Assembly (NCBI GenBank): GCA_031549625.1
Contig: JAVBPK010000014.1
Location: 1 to 47,373, forward strand
Length of the DNA: 47,373 nt
Direction of reading: 5' to 3'
Source: Eubacteriales bacterium
GTDB lineage: Bacteria > Bacillota > Clostridia > Christensenellales > CAG-138
In this document: piece after piece, positions 8,778 through 18,337 of the stretch
Layout of the letters: each line of letters starts with the position of its first letter
Numbering within the stretch: position 1 is the first letter of the stretch
Notes under the pieces: model-generated
What the model was told of the DNA's origin: nothing
The model's database searches: none
What the model saw: the letters and a program-made list of their open reading frames with translations, nothing else
Position numbers and translations under genes: made by a program

Positions 8778-11189
8778 ATGGCGCAAAGGAAAAAAAGAAG
8801 GAAGAATAAGCGGTCCATGGCTACGGGCTTTGCGCCGGATGTGTCGCGGGGCCTGACGGCGGAGCAGGTCAACGTGCGTGTGGCGAAGGGGCTTGTAAAC
8901 GCGCCGCCCAAAAGCATAACGCGCACGGTGGCGCAAATAGTATACGAAAATGTATTCACGCTGTTTAACGGCATTATGTTTGCCATATTTATCGCGCTGG
9001 TGTGGGTGGGTTCCTATCACAATCTATTATTCATGGGCGTTGTGCTCAGCAATTTGTGCATAGGCATTGTGCAGGAATTAAAAAGCAAGCGCGCTGTTGA
9101 AAAGTTGTCGCTGCTGAATTCGCCGCGCGCGGTCGTGGTGCGCGATGGCCAGGAAATAGAAATAAAGAGCGAACAAATCGTGCTGGACGATGTGGTGGCG
9201 CTTGGCTTGGGGCAGCAGGTCCCTGCGGATTGCGTGATACTCAGCGGCGCGGTGGAAACGGACGAATCGCTTTTAAGCGGAGAAAGCGAGCCGCTTTTCA
9301 AAAAGCAGGGCGATGCGTTGCTTTCCGGCTCCGTGGTGGTTTCGGGCGCGTGCCGGGTGCGTATCGTGCGTATTGGCGCGGAATGTTATGCCCACACGCT
9401 GGCGGCGGAGGCACGCCGCTATAAGCGGCCAAAGTCCGAGCTTATGCGCTCGTTGCGCATCATCGTGCGCGGCACGGGCATCCTTGTGCTGCCGCTGGGC
9501 CTGCTCATGTTTGTGCGCGCATATGTGTCGCTGTCGCATTCGCTGCAAAGCAGCGTGGAACAGGCGGCGGGCGCCATGATCGGCATGATTCCCGCGGGGC
9601 TGATGCTGCTTGCGTCCATTTCGCTTTCGGTGGGCGTCATCACATTGGGACGCCGCAATACGCTTGCGCAGCAGCCGCATTGCATCGAAATGCTCTCACG
9701 TGTAGATATGCTATGCCTGGACAAAACGGGCACATTGACAACAGGCAACATCAAAGTGTCAAAATTGATAGCCGCAAAACCGGAAGAAATGGCGGCGGCC
9801 GAAGCATGGCTGGGCAGCATCGTGGCAGCGTTGCCGGCAGCGAATCCAACGGCGCGCGCTCTGGCGGCATACATAAAAGAAAAAGAAATAGTCGCCGGGG
9901 CGGAAAAAGCGAAAGCAATCACGGCTTTTTCGTCCGCGCGGCGCTACAGCGCGGCCAGCTTCAGCGATGGTACCGTATATCTGGGCGCGCCGGAGGTTGT
10001 TGCGGCCCCGTTGCCAAAAGAGCTGCAAGCCGAGGCAAACAGGGCGCTTTCGGAAGGTTATCGCGTTTTGGCGCTTTCCAAAGGGCCCGCGGCGGAAATC
10101 GCGCCGCCGCCGGAAACGCAAGAGCTCACGCCGCTGTGCCTGCTGCTGCTGCAGGATGAAATTCGCCCGGAAGCGGAGGATACACTGGCGTTTTTTCAGA
10201 GGGAAGGCGTGTGCGTCAAGCTGATAACAGGCGATAATCCCCAAACAGCTTCGCATATCGCGCGGCGCTTGGGCGTGCCGGGAGCAGAGAAGCTGATCGA
10301 TCTTTCCGGGTTGAGCGAGGAGGAAGTGCGTGATGTGGCGGCGCATTACACGGTGTTTGGCCGCGTATCGCCCATGCAGAAAAGGCAGCTTGTCATGGCT
10401 CTGAAGGCCTGCGGCCATACGGTGGCAATGACGGGCGACGGCGTGAATGACTTGCTCGCCCTGCGGGAGGCAGATTGCAGCATAGCCCTGTTTAACGGCA
10501 GTGACGCCGCGCGGCAAATCGCGCAGCTGGTGCTGCTGACAAACGATTTTTCCGCGCTGCCGGCCGCGGTGATGGAAGGCAGGCGTGTCATAAACAATAT
10601 CACGCGCACCGCGTCACTATTTTTGGTAAAGACGATCTATTCGTTCCTGCTGACGGCCAGCAGCGTACTGTTCCAGCTGGCATATCCGCTGCAGCCGGTT
10701 CAGCTGTCGCTGATAAGCTCTGTTACGGTGGGGATCCCCTCGTTTTTTCTTTCGCTGGAGGCAAACCGTACGCGCATAGAAGGCAATTTTTTGCGAAATG
10801 TATTGGAAAAGGCGTTGCCCGGCGGACTCATCGTTTTTCTGTATTTGGTCATTGCGGGCAGCGTAGGTAAAACGCTTGGCCTGAGTTACCCGCAAATCAA
10901 CACATTATGTGTCTATTTGGCTGGTACGGCCAATCTGTGCGTGCTGTTCCGCGTGTGCCTGCCGCTCATGAATTATCGCGGCATGCTGTTTTTTACCATG
11001 ATGGCGCTGTTTTTTGGCTTGTCCATCGCATTGCGGCGCATGCTGGAATTGACATTGCCGCCAAATGGCCCTATGCTTTGGATGTACGCCTGCATGGCGG
11101 CCGCGTGCTATCCGCTTATGGAATTGCTTGTGGCAGGTCTGCGGCGCGCGTTCCGGGCGCGGCATAAAGACGCGCGGCAAGGCATATAA
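8778..11189 (+). CDS. Cation-translocating P-type ATPase (CtpE-like)
   Basis: DKTGTLT phosphorylation motif; DESLLSGES, TGDN, FGRVSP, GDGVND. Confidence 0.92.
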   Translation: MAQRKKRRKNKRSMATGFAPDVSRGLTAEQVNVRVAKGLVNAPPKSITRTVAQIVYENVFTLFNGIMFAIFIALVWVGSYHNLLFMGVVLSNLCIGIVQELKSKRAVEKLSLLNSPRAVVVRDGQEIEIKSEQIVLDDVVALGLGQQVPADCVILSGAVETDESLLSGESEPLFKKQGDALLSGSVVVSGACRVRIVRIGAECYAHTLAAEARRYKRPKSELMRSLRIIVRGTGILVLPLGLLMFVRAYVSLSHSLQSSVEQAAGAMIGMIPAGLMLLASISLSVGVITLGRRNTLAQQPHCIEMLSRVDMLCLDKTGTLTTGNIKVSKLIAAKPEEMAAAEAWLGSIVAALPAANPTARALAAYIKEKEIVAGAEKAKAITAFSSARRYSAASFSDGTVYLGAPEVVAAPLPKELQAEANRALSEGYRVLALSKGPAAEIAPPPETQELTPLCLLLLQDEIRPEAEDTLAFFQREGVCVKLITGDNPQTASHIARRLGVPGAEKLIDLSGLSEEEVRDVAAHYTVFGRVSPMQKRQLVMALKACGHTVAMTGDGVNDLLALREADCSIALFNGSDAARQIAQLVLLTNDFSALPAAVMEGRRVINNITRTASLFLVKTIYSFLLTASSVLFQLAYPLQPVQLSLISSVTVGIPSFFLSLEANRTRIEGNFLRNVLEKALPGGLIVFLYLVIAGSVGKTLGLSYPQINTLCVYLAGTANLCVLFRVCLPLMNYRGMLFFTMMALFFGLSIALRRMLELTLPPNGPMLWMYACMAAACYPLMELLVAGLRRAFRARHKDARQGI

Positions 11190-11327
11190 AGGCAGCAGGC
11201 AGCGCTCCATCATCCCTCCAGGCAGGGTGTGGGGCCGTCTTTGCGGCAATGATTGCGCCTCACAGGATCGGGTATCCCGTCTTGTGAGGGAATTTTGCTG
11301 TTTGCAAGGCAAACGAAAGGAGAACGT

Positions 11328-11921
11328 ATGTATCTCATCGTGGGTTTGGGGAATCCCGGTATCGCGTACCGCAGCTCACGGCATAACGCGGGTTTCTGCG
11401 CCGTGGACGTGTTGGCGGAGCGCCTGCAGATCCGAATGACGAAGCGCATGCGCCGCGCGGAGGTTGGCGAAGGGTCATACGGCGGCGAAAAGCTGTTGCT
11501 GGCAAAACCGCAAACGTATATGAATCTCAGCGGTGAGGCGGTGCAAGGGCTTTTATCATATTATAAATTGCCGCCGCAAAAATTGATCGTGTTGTATGAC
11601 GATATCGAGCTGGCGGCGGGCGCGCTTCGTATTCGCGCAAATGGCAGCGCGGGCACGCACAACGGCATGCGCTCCATCATCGCCTGCCTGGGCGGGGAAG
11701 AGGATTTCCCGCGCGTGCGGATAGGGGTGGGGAGGCAGGCGCTGGGCCGCGATCTTGCGGCGCATGTGCTGGCAAAGCCGGGCAAAGAGGAGCAGGAACT
11801 ATTAGCGGCCGCGTATGAAGACGCGGCGGAGGCGGTATTATTGATCGTAAACGGCGCGTTGAACGAGGCGCAGGCGCGATATAACAAGAAAAACAAAAAA
11901 ACGGAAGCGGAGCCTGAATGA
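11328..11921 (+). CDS. pth: Peptidyl-tRNA hydrolase
   Basis: LIVGLGNPG, RHNAGF, KPQTYMNLSG, HNGMRS; AAGGAG RBS before ATG 11328. Confidence 0.97.
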   Translation: MYLIVGLGNPGIAYRSSRHNAGFCAVDVLAERLQIRMTKRMRRAEVGEGSYGGEKLLLAKPQTYMNLSGEAVQGLLSYYKLPPQKLIVLYDDIELAAGALRIRANGSAGTHNGMRSIIACLGGEEDFPRVRIGVGRQALGRDLAAHVLAKPGKEEQELLAAAYEDAAEAVLLIVNGALNEAQARYNKKNKKTEAEPE

Positions 11922-14900
11922 ACCCAAATCCTTTACTCGATATACTAAAAGATTTACCGGAATACAATCGTCTGCAGGAGCTGCTTTCGGAAGGAAAGGG
12001 GCCTGTGGCGGCGCTTGGCCTGCCGGATGCGCAGCGCGCGCATGTGTTTGCGGCGCTGACGCGGGGCAGAAGCGGGCTGCTGCTGGCGGCAAACGAGCAA
12101 GCGGCAGAGGAATTATACGCGCAAGCGCGTGCGATGGGCGACCATGTCGCCTTGTTGCCGCCGCGCGAAATGCCGCTGGTAAACGCGTATGCCGCGTCGG
12201 GAGAGCACGCAAAAACGCGCATAGCGACGCTGGTGCGGCTGGCGCTGGGCGAAAGCGTCGGGCTGGTGGCGTCGCCAGAGGCGCTGCTGCAGCTGCTTGC
12301 GCCGCCGGATGTTTTGCGGCGGGCGGTACATACGTTGCGGCGTGGTGATACGATTCCGCCGCGAGAGCTCTTTTTTGCGCTGTGCGAGGCGGGGTATGAG
12401 CCGGTCGACTTGGTGGAAGGGCCGGGCCAGGCCTCGTTGCGCGGCGATATTCTCGATATATACCCGCCGCACGCGCAGCAGCCGGTGCGGGCGGAGTTTT
12501 TTGATGATGAGGTGGACCGCCTCAGTGTATATGACGCACAGACGCAGCGTTCCATATCCAACATAGACGAGGCGCTGCTGCCGCCCGCTACGGAAGCGCC
12601 GCAAGAACAGGCGGCAAAAGCGCGCGCGCTGGCGGCGACGGAGGGCGCGAAGGGCTTTGACGCGCAGCGGGCCGCATTTGCGGATAATCGCGCCTGCCCC
12701 GGTGCGGAAATATTATTGCCGGTGTTGTATGAAGAGCGGCATTCGCTTTTCGACTATCTGCCGCGGGGTGTTTGGCTGTTTGTAGAAGAACCGCACAGGG
12801 TGCAGGAGACGGCGGAAAGCGCGGAAAGGCTGTTTAACGGCAGCGTTGCGGCCATGCTGGCGCGCGGTGAAGGCATTCCGGAGCAGGTTGCCCTGCAAAT
12901 GACGGCGGCGGAGCTGCTTGAAAATCTGCGCACACCGCGCACGGCGTTGCTGCAATCGTATGCGCGTCCGTATATGCGGATACGCGCGCTGGATACCGTG
13001 CAGTTTGACGCAAGGCCCGCGCCGCGGTATACGGGCGAAATATCCGAGCTTGCGCGCGATATCCGTATGAGCATTCAAACGGATAGCGGCACACAGGGAA
13101 GCGTGTTGCTGTACGCGGGCGCGCACGCAAAGCAAATACACCAGCAGTTGCTGGAAATGGGGCTGGAGGCGGGGCTGGCGCAGGCATTAAAGCGCCAGCC
13201 GGCGCGCGGCGAGTTACTGATACTTGAAGACTCTTTGCCGCGCGGCCTGGCGTATGCCGGGTTGCAACTCACGGTGCTTACGGAAACGGAGTTGTTTGGC
13301 CATACGCGCCGGGAAAGCCGCAAAAAGCACAGTTCCAAACCGCGCTTGCTGTTTTCGGAGCTGAAGCGCGGCGATTACATCGTGCATGAAGCGCATGGTA
13401 TCGGCCATTTTATTGGCGTGGAAGCGCTCACGGTGCAAGACAACACGCGCGACTATCTGCTGATGGAATATGCGGGCGGCGACAGGCTGTATATCCCGAC
13501 CGATCAATTGGATCGCGTGCAAAAATACATCGGGGGCGAAGAAGAGCCGCGCTTGTCCAAGCTGGGCGGCAATGAGTGGCAAAGGCAGGTCAGCCGCGCG
13601 CGGCATGCGGTAAAGGAGCTGGCCATCGATCTCGCAAAGCTGTATGCCGAAAGGCAAAACAGCAGGGGCTTTGCTTTTTCAAAGGACAGCAAGTGGCAAA
13701 TCGAGCTGGAAGAAAAATTTCCCTATCAGGAAACGCAGGATCAGGCGCAGTCCATCGCGGACATCAAGCGGGACATGGAAAGCGCGCGTGTGATGGATCG
13801 CCTGCTGTGCGGCGACGTAGGGTATGGAAAGACGGAAGTGGCGCTCCGCGCCGCGTTTAAGGCGGTGCAGGACAGCAAGCAGGTGGCGCTGCTCGTGCCG
13901 ACAACCATTCTGGCCCAGCAGCACTACAATACGTTTTCCGCGCGCTTTGCGGGCTTCCCGGTTCGCGTGGCGCTGCTTTCGCGCTTTAAGAGCGCGCAGG
14001 AACAAAAAGAAACAAAGCGCCTGCTTGCTGAAGGGCGCGTAGATGTGGTGATAGGCACGCACGCGCTGCTGGGCAAGGAAGTGAAGTTCCTCGACCTCGG
14101 CCTGCTGATTATTGACGAAGAACAGCGCTTTGGCGTGGGCCATAAGGAGCAGATCAAGGCGATAAAAGCGAATGTCGATGTGCTGACGTTGACGGCCACG
14201 CCCATTCCGCGCACGCTGCACATGTCCATGATCGGCATTCGCGATATGAGCGTAATAGACACGCCGCCGGAGGGCCGCTTTCCGGTGGAAACATTTGTGC
14301 TGGAGTACTCCGATACGCTGCTGCGCGATGTGCTGCGCAAGGAACTGAATCGCGGCGGCCAGTGCTATGTGGTATACAACCAGGTGAGCAAAATGGAACG
14401 GATGCTTGAAAAGCTGCGCATGCTGTTGCCGGATGCGAATGTGGCGTATGCGCATGGCCAAATGCCCGAAACGCAGCTGGAACAGGTCATGATGGATTTC
14501 CTGAACGGCCACTATGACATCCTGCTGTGCAGCACCATCATCGAAAACGGATTGGACATCGGCAATGTAAACACGCTGTTCGTGCTCGAGGCGGATAAAA
14601 TGGGCCTTTCGCAGTTATATCAGCTGCGCGGCAGGGTGGGGAGGACGGCGCGTCTGGGGTACGCGTATTTCACATTCGAACGTGACCGCGCTATTTCAGA
14701 GGTGGCGCACAAACGCTTGACGGCGCTCACAGAATTTGCGCAGTTTGGCGCCGGCCGCGAGATCGCGCTGCGCGATCTGGAAATCCGCGGCGCGGGCAGC
14801 CTGCTTGGCGCCATGCAACATGGCCATATCGCGGATATCGGCTACGAATACTACTGCAAACTGATGGCTTCCGCTGTGCGGCAGGCCCGCAACGAAGAAG

Positions 14901-15358
14901 CGCCCATATTGGAATTGGATCCGGTCATAGACGTGCCGATCAATGCGAATATCCCCAAGGGATATATCCCCGGCGAAGTGCAGCGCCTATCCATGTATAA
15001 GCGTATCGCGCTCATAACGGACGGCGCAAATATGATGGACGTGCAGGAAGAATTGTTCGACAGATACGGCGAGATCCCGCCGGAAACGCAAAACCTCATG
15101 GATATCGCCCTCATTAAGGCGCTTTGCGCCGCGGCGCATGTGGCTACTTTGAGCGTAGGGCCCGGCCATGCAAAGCTGATTTACCATGCGCAGGCCAGGC
15201 CGGACGGCGGTAAATTGCTTGCGGTGGCAAGTGAGTATCAACTGCAGCTTACGCCGGGCGAGGTGGTCTCCGCCGTGTACAGGCGTGAAGGCATGGACGC
15301 CCGCGCAATGTTGCAAACGCTGTTCCCGCTGTTGGAAGCGCTTAAGAATTGCGTGTGA
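11918..15358 (+). CDS. mfd: Transcription-repair coupling factor
   Basis: CarD-like VHEAHGIG, GDVGYGKT, DEEQRFGV, TATPIPRT, QLRGRVGR, TRCF C-domain; ATGA overlap with pth. Confidence 0.97.
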   Translation: MNPNPLLDILKDLPEYNRLQELLSEGKGPVAALGLPDAQRAHVFAALTRGRSGLLLAANEQAAEELYAQARAMGDHVALLPPREMPLVNAYAASGEHAKTRIATLVRLALGESVGLVASPEALLQLLAPPDVLRRAVHTLRRGDTIPPRELFFALCEAGYEPVDLVEGPGQASLRGDILDIYPPHAQQPVRAEFFDDEVDRLSVYDAQTQRSISNIDEALLPPATEAPQEQAAKARALAATEGAKGFDAQRAAFADNRACPGAEILLPVLYEERHSLFDYLPRGVWLFVEEPHRVQETAESAERLFNGSVAAMLARGEGIPEQVALQMTAAELLENLRTPRTALLQSYARPYMRIRALDTVQFDARPAPRYTGEISELARDIRMSIQTDSGTQGSVLLYAGAHAKQIHQQLLEMGLEAGLAQALKRQPARGELLILEDSLPRGLAYAGLQLTVLTETELFGHTRRESRKKHSSKPRLLFSELKRGDYIVHEAHGIGHFIGVEALTVQDNTRDYLLMEYAGGDRLYIPTDQLDRVQKYIGGEEEPRLSKLGGNEWQRQVSRARHAVKELAIDLAKLYAERQNSRGFAFSKDSKWQIELEEKFPYQETQDQAQSIADIKRDMESARVMDRLLCGDVGYGKTEVALRAAFKAVQDSKQVALLVPTTILAQQHYNTFSARFAGFPVRVALLSRFKSAQEQKETKRLLAEGRVDVVIGTHALLGKEVKFLDLGLLIIDEEQRFGVGHKEQIKAIKANVDVLTLTATPIPRTLHMSMIGIRDMSVIDTPPEGRFPVETFVLEYSDTLLRDVLRKELNRGGQCYVVYNQVSKMERMLEKLRMLLPDANVAYAHGQMPETQLEQVMMDFLNGHYDILLCSTIIENGLDIGNVNTLFVLEADKMGLSQLYQLRGRVGRTARLGYAYFTFERDRAISEVAHKRLTALTEFAQFGAGREIALRDLEIRGAGSLLGAMQHGHIADIGYEYYCKLMASAVRQARNEEAPILELDPVIDVPINANIPKGYIPGEVQRLSMYKRIALITDGANMMDVQEELFDRYGEIPPETQNLMDIALIKALCAAAHVATLSVGPGHAKLIYHAQARPDGGKLLAVASEYQLQLTPGEVVSAVYRREGMDARAMLQTLFPLLEALKNCV

Positions 15359-15445
15359 TGTTGTGGGGTTTAAAAACGGCAAACCCAATATACAAAAAAA
15401 TATTTTTTAGATCATAAAAATTTTAAATAAATTATGCATGTACGC

Positions 15446-15474
15446 TATACAAACGCGGCACTTTATAGTAAAAT
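15446..15474 (+). promoter_or_regulatory. Putative sigma-A promoter for the thrC-like gene
   Basis: TATACA-N17-TAAAAT downstream of an AT-rich tract. Confidence 0.4.
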
Positions 15475-15589
15475 GATAGTATCATCGTGGAAGAAATAAC
15501 AATCGCAAGCATAAATCAAAGCATTTCGCTATATTGTGTTCGATAAAAGCACCATTCATTTTTCTGTACTTGCGAAAGGGATCAGGGCT

Positions 15590-16825
15590 ATGCACGTATT
15601 AGGTTATCGCTGCACGTTGTGCGGCAAAGAATTCGAACATGCCGGTGTAGACATGCTCACTTGCACGGATTGCGGGGATACGGGCATACTGGACATTGTG
15701 TTCGATTATCCGGAAATCAAAAAAATCTGCAACAGAGAAACATTAGCGGCAGACAGAACGAACAGCATGTGGCGGTATCGCTCGCTGCTTCCAATAGAAG
15801 GCGCCGGGTGGGAGCTGTTTTTGCGCGTGGGGCACACGCCGTTATACCGTTCCAACCGGTTGGAAAAAGAGCTGGGCATCAAAGCGCTGTACATCAAAGA
15901 CGATGGGCTAAACCCGACGGCCTCCTTAAAAGACCGCGCTTCGGCGGTGGCGGTGGCGCGTGCAAAGGAGCTGGGCTACAGCACAATAGCCTGTTCCTCC
16001 ACGGGCAACGCGGCTTCATCGCTGGCAGGCAACGCAGCGCGTATGGGTTTGCATTCCGTTATATTCGTGCCGGAGCGCGCGCCCAAGGGGAAGGTGGCGC
16101 AGCTGCTCATATTCGGAGCAAATGTAATCAGCGTAGAAGGCAACTATCGTCAAACATTCGAACTCTCGCGCGACGCCATCGCAAAATGGGGCTTTTACAA
16201 CCGCAACGCGGGCATCAACCCCATTATGGCGGAGGGCAAAAAGACAGTGGCGCTTGAAATAGCGGAGCAGCTCTGCTTTCTGCCAACCGATTGGGTGGCG
16301 GTTTCCGTGGGGGACGGTTGCACGATAGGCGGCGTATACAACGGATTCCGCGATTTTTACGAGCTGGGTCTCATAGACCGCATTCCAAAGATATTGGGCG
16401 TACAGTCCACGGGTTGCTGCCCGTTTGTGGAGGCGGCGCAAGCAAACGCGGAGCTGGCGCCGGCGGAGGAAAATACGCTGGCCGACAGCATAGCCGTGGG
16501 CGTTCCGCGCAATCCCCAAAAGGCGTTGCGGGCGGTTAGCGAAAGCGGCGGCGCGTGGGTCGCTGTCAGCGACGAAGAAATATTGGACGCTATGCGGCTG
16601 TTGGGACGCAGCGAAGGCGTATTTGGTGAGCCCGCGGGCGTCACGGCGGCGGCGGGCGTAAAAAGGGCGGTAGAAAAAGGCATCATCAGCCCGATGGAAA
16701 GTGTCACGGTCATCTGTACAGGAAGCGGCCTGAAAGACGTAAACAACGCCATGCTGGCGGCGGGAGAACCCTTTAAATGCCCGCCGGATATCGGTGCGCT
16801 GGAACGAAGTGGGAGGATTTCGTAG
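15590..16825 (+). CDS. thrC: Threonine synthase-family PLP enzyme (paralog 1)
   Basis: N-terminal CxxC..CxxC; NPTASLKDR (PLP lysine), SSTGNAA, EGKKT, SVGDG, EPAG, TGSGLKD; exact substrate uncertain. Confidence 0.8.
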   Translation: MHVLGYRCTLCGKEFEHAGVDMLTCTDCGDTGILDIVFDYPEIKKICNRETLAADRTNSMWRYRSLLPIEGAGWELFLRVGHTPLYRSNRLEKELGIKALYIKDDGLNPTASLKDRASAVAVARAKELGYSTIACSSTGNAASSLAGNAARMGLHSVIFVPERAPKGKVAQLLIFGANVISVEGNYRQTFELSRDAIAKWGFYNRNAGINPIMAEGKKTVALEIAEQLCFLPTDWVAVSVGDGCTIGGVYNGFRDFYELGLIDRIPKILGVQSTGCCPFVEAAQANAELAPAEENTLADSIAVGVPRNPQKALRAVSESGGAWVAVSDEEILDAMRLLGRSEGVFGEPAGVTAAAGVKRAVEKGIISPMESVTVICTGSGLKDVNNAMLAAGEPFKCPPDIGALERSGRIS

Positions 16826-16834
16826 CATTCATTA

Positions 16835-16919
16835 TTTACAAGATGTAATATGCGGTATATAATACGAATAATAAATAGATAATAAACAATAATGTTCGGA
16901 AATAATAAAAACGAATAAT
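16835..16919 (+). promoter_or_regulatory. Sigma-A promoter overlapped by PurR-type PurBoxes
   Basis: TTTACA-N17-TATAAT (16835-16863); GAAT(16866)-N24-GTTC(16894); reverse complement of 16891-16903 is ATTTCCGAACATT; third box AAAAACGAATAAT at 16907. Confidence 0.65.
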
Positions 16920-16985
16920 TGTCGGTTGCCGCATCCGATAATCGGGTGATGAATGTTATACAGCACAACGAATAGGAGGAAGAGT

Positions 16986-18242
16986 ATGAAAAAGTTTCTC
17001 GCATTGTTTCTGGTACTTGCTTTGGCCATTGGTATGATGGCATGCACACCGGCACCCAGTGGGTCGCCCGCCCCTGCACCGGCAGCTTCAGCCGCGCCGG
17101 CAGCCCAGGCGCCGGCCACACCGCCGCCCGCCGATACCGCGCCCGCTGGGGACGCAGCCAAACTCACAAAAGAAGATCTCAAAATCGGCGTTGTTCATAT
17201 CATGGAAGTTGGTGACCAAGGCTACACCTATAACCACGATCAGGGCGCAAAGCTTATGTTGAAAAACCTCGGTCTCAAGGACGAACAGTACATCCCCAAA
17301 TTCAACATCCCCGATACCGACGCGGCGGCTACCACAGCGGCCATCAATGAGCTTATCGCCGCGGGCTGCCAAATCATATTTACGACGAGCTTCTCCTACA
17401 ACTCTGCCACGGTGGAAGCTGCAAAGGCTCATCCGGAAATTGAATTCTGCCACGCGACAGGTTCCGATGCGCATTTCGAAAACTTGCCCAACCTGCATAA
17501 CTATTTCGCGCGTATCCACGAAGCGCGTTATTTGGCAGGCATCGCTGCCGGCCTGAAAACCGAAAACAACCACTTGGGCTATGTGGCAGCGTTCCCGTTC
17601 GCGGAAGTCATCAGCGGCTTCACGGCCTTCTATCTTGGCGCAAAGAGCGTAAACCCCGATGTTTACATGGATGTTATCTATGCGGATACATGGGGCGATG
17701 CGCAGAAAGAGCGTGAAATAGCCGAAGCTTTAATCCAGCGCGGTTGCGACGTGATCTCCCAGCATTCCGACAGCGTCACACCGGCTATCGCCGCGCAGGA
17801 CGCGGGCGTGTTCCACGTAGGCTACAACAACGACATGGCGCCTGCAGCGCCGAAAGCATCGCTGGTTTCCGCGCGTATCAACTGGGGCATTTACATGACA
17901 TATGCTGTGCAGAGCCTGTTGGACGGCCAACCCATCGCCATGGACTGGGGCGAAGGCCTGGATACCGGCGCGGCATATCTTTCCCCGCTAAATACGGCTA
18001 TTGCGGCTCCTGGCACCCAGGAAGCGATTGACGCGGCCAAGGCGAAGATCCTTTCGGGCGAGCTGCAAATCTTCTCCGGCGCGCTTAAAGACGCGGCGGG
18101 CAATCCCGCGGTCATCAAAAACTGGGACGGCAGCGAAGTGTTGTTCACATTCGAAAACGACAGCTCCGTATTCGAAGAATCCAAAGAATTCTCCGCGCCC
18201 AGCTTCAACGCCATCATCGCGGGCATCACAGAAATCAAGTAA
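16986..18242 (+). CDS. BMP-family ABC transporter substrate-binding lipoprotein (probably nucleoside/purine)
   Basis: AGGAGG RBS; lipobox MMAC; DQGYTYNH, YLAGIAAG, GFTAFYLGAKSVNPD, GCDVISQH. Confidence 0.9.
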   Translation: MKKFLALFLVLALAIGMMACTPAPSGSPAPAPAASAAPAAQAPATPPPADTAPAGDAAKLTKEDLKIGVVHIMEVGDQGYTYNHDQGAKLMLKNLGLKDEQYIPKFNIPDTDAAATTAAINELIAAGCQIIFTTSFSYNSATVEAAKAHPEIEFCHATGSDAHFENLPNLHNYFARIHEARYLAGIAAGLKTENNHLGYVAAFPFAEVISGFTAFYLGAKSVNPDVYMDVIYADTWGDAQKEREIAEALIQRGCDVISQHSDSVTPAIAAQDAGVFHVGYNNDMAPAAPKASLVSARINWGIYMTYAVQSLLDGQPIAMDWGEGLDTGAAYLSPLNTAIAAPGTQEAIDAAKAKILSGELQIFSGALKDAAGNPAVIKNWDGSEVLFTFENDSSVFEESKEFSAPSFNAIIAGITEIK

Positions 18243-18253
18243 ATATAGGCATG

Positions 18254-18288
18254 CGGCGCCGCCTGTACAGGCGGCGCCGTCTATTTTT
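18254..18288 (+). terminator. Intercistronic stem-loop after the binding-protein gene (partial terminator or mRNA stabiliser)
   Basis: Perfect 26-bp palindrome CGGCGCCGCCTGTACAGGCGGCGCCG followed by TCTATTTTT. Confidence 0.65.
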
Positions 18289-18337
18289 CCGGCGATTATC
18301 GTTTAGGTTACGTATACAGGGGGGAAGGGGTGACGCT

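Noticed and set aside
15424-15438. AATTATGCA motifs upstream of thrC-1 and at 38239 as ARG boxes
   Set aside because: Only half-sites in AT-rich DNA; the left arms do not match
16855-16985. Purine riboswitch upstream of the BMP gene
   Set aside because: No TTTCTAC junction or P2/P3 stems; the TATAA is the -10, and PurBoxes explain the region better
18254-18279. Hairpins after each ABC binding-protein gene (18254, 25184, 36845) as a repeat family
   Set aside because: The sequences are unrelated to each other; they are ordinary stoichiometry-setting intercistronic stem-loops
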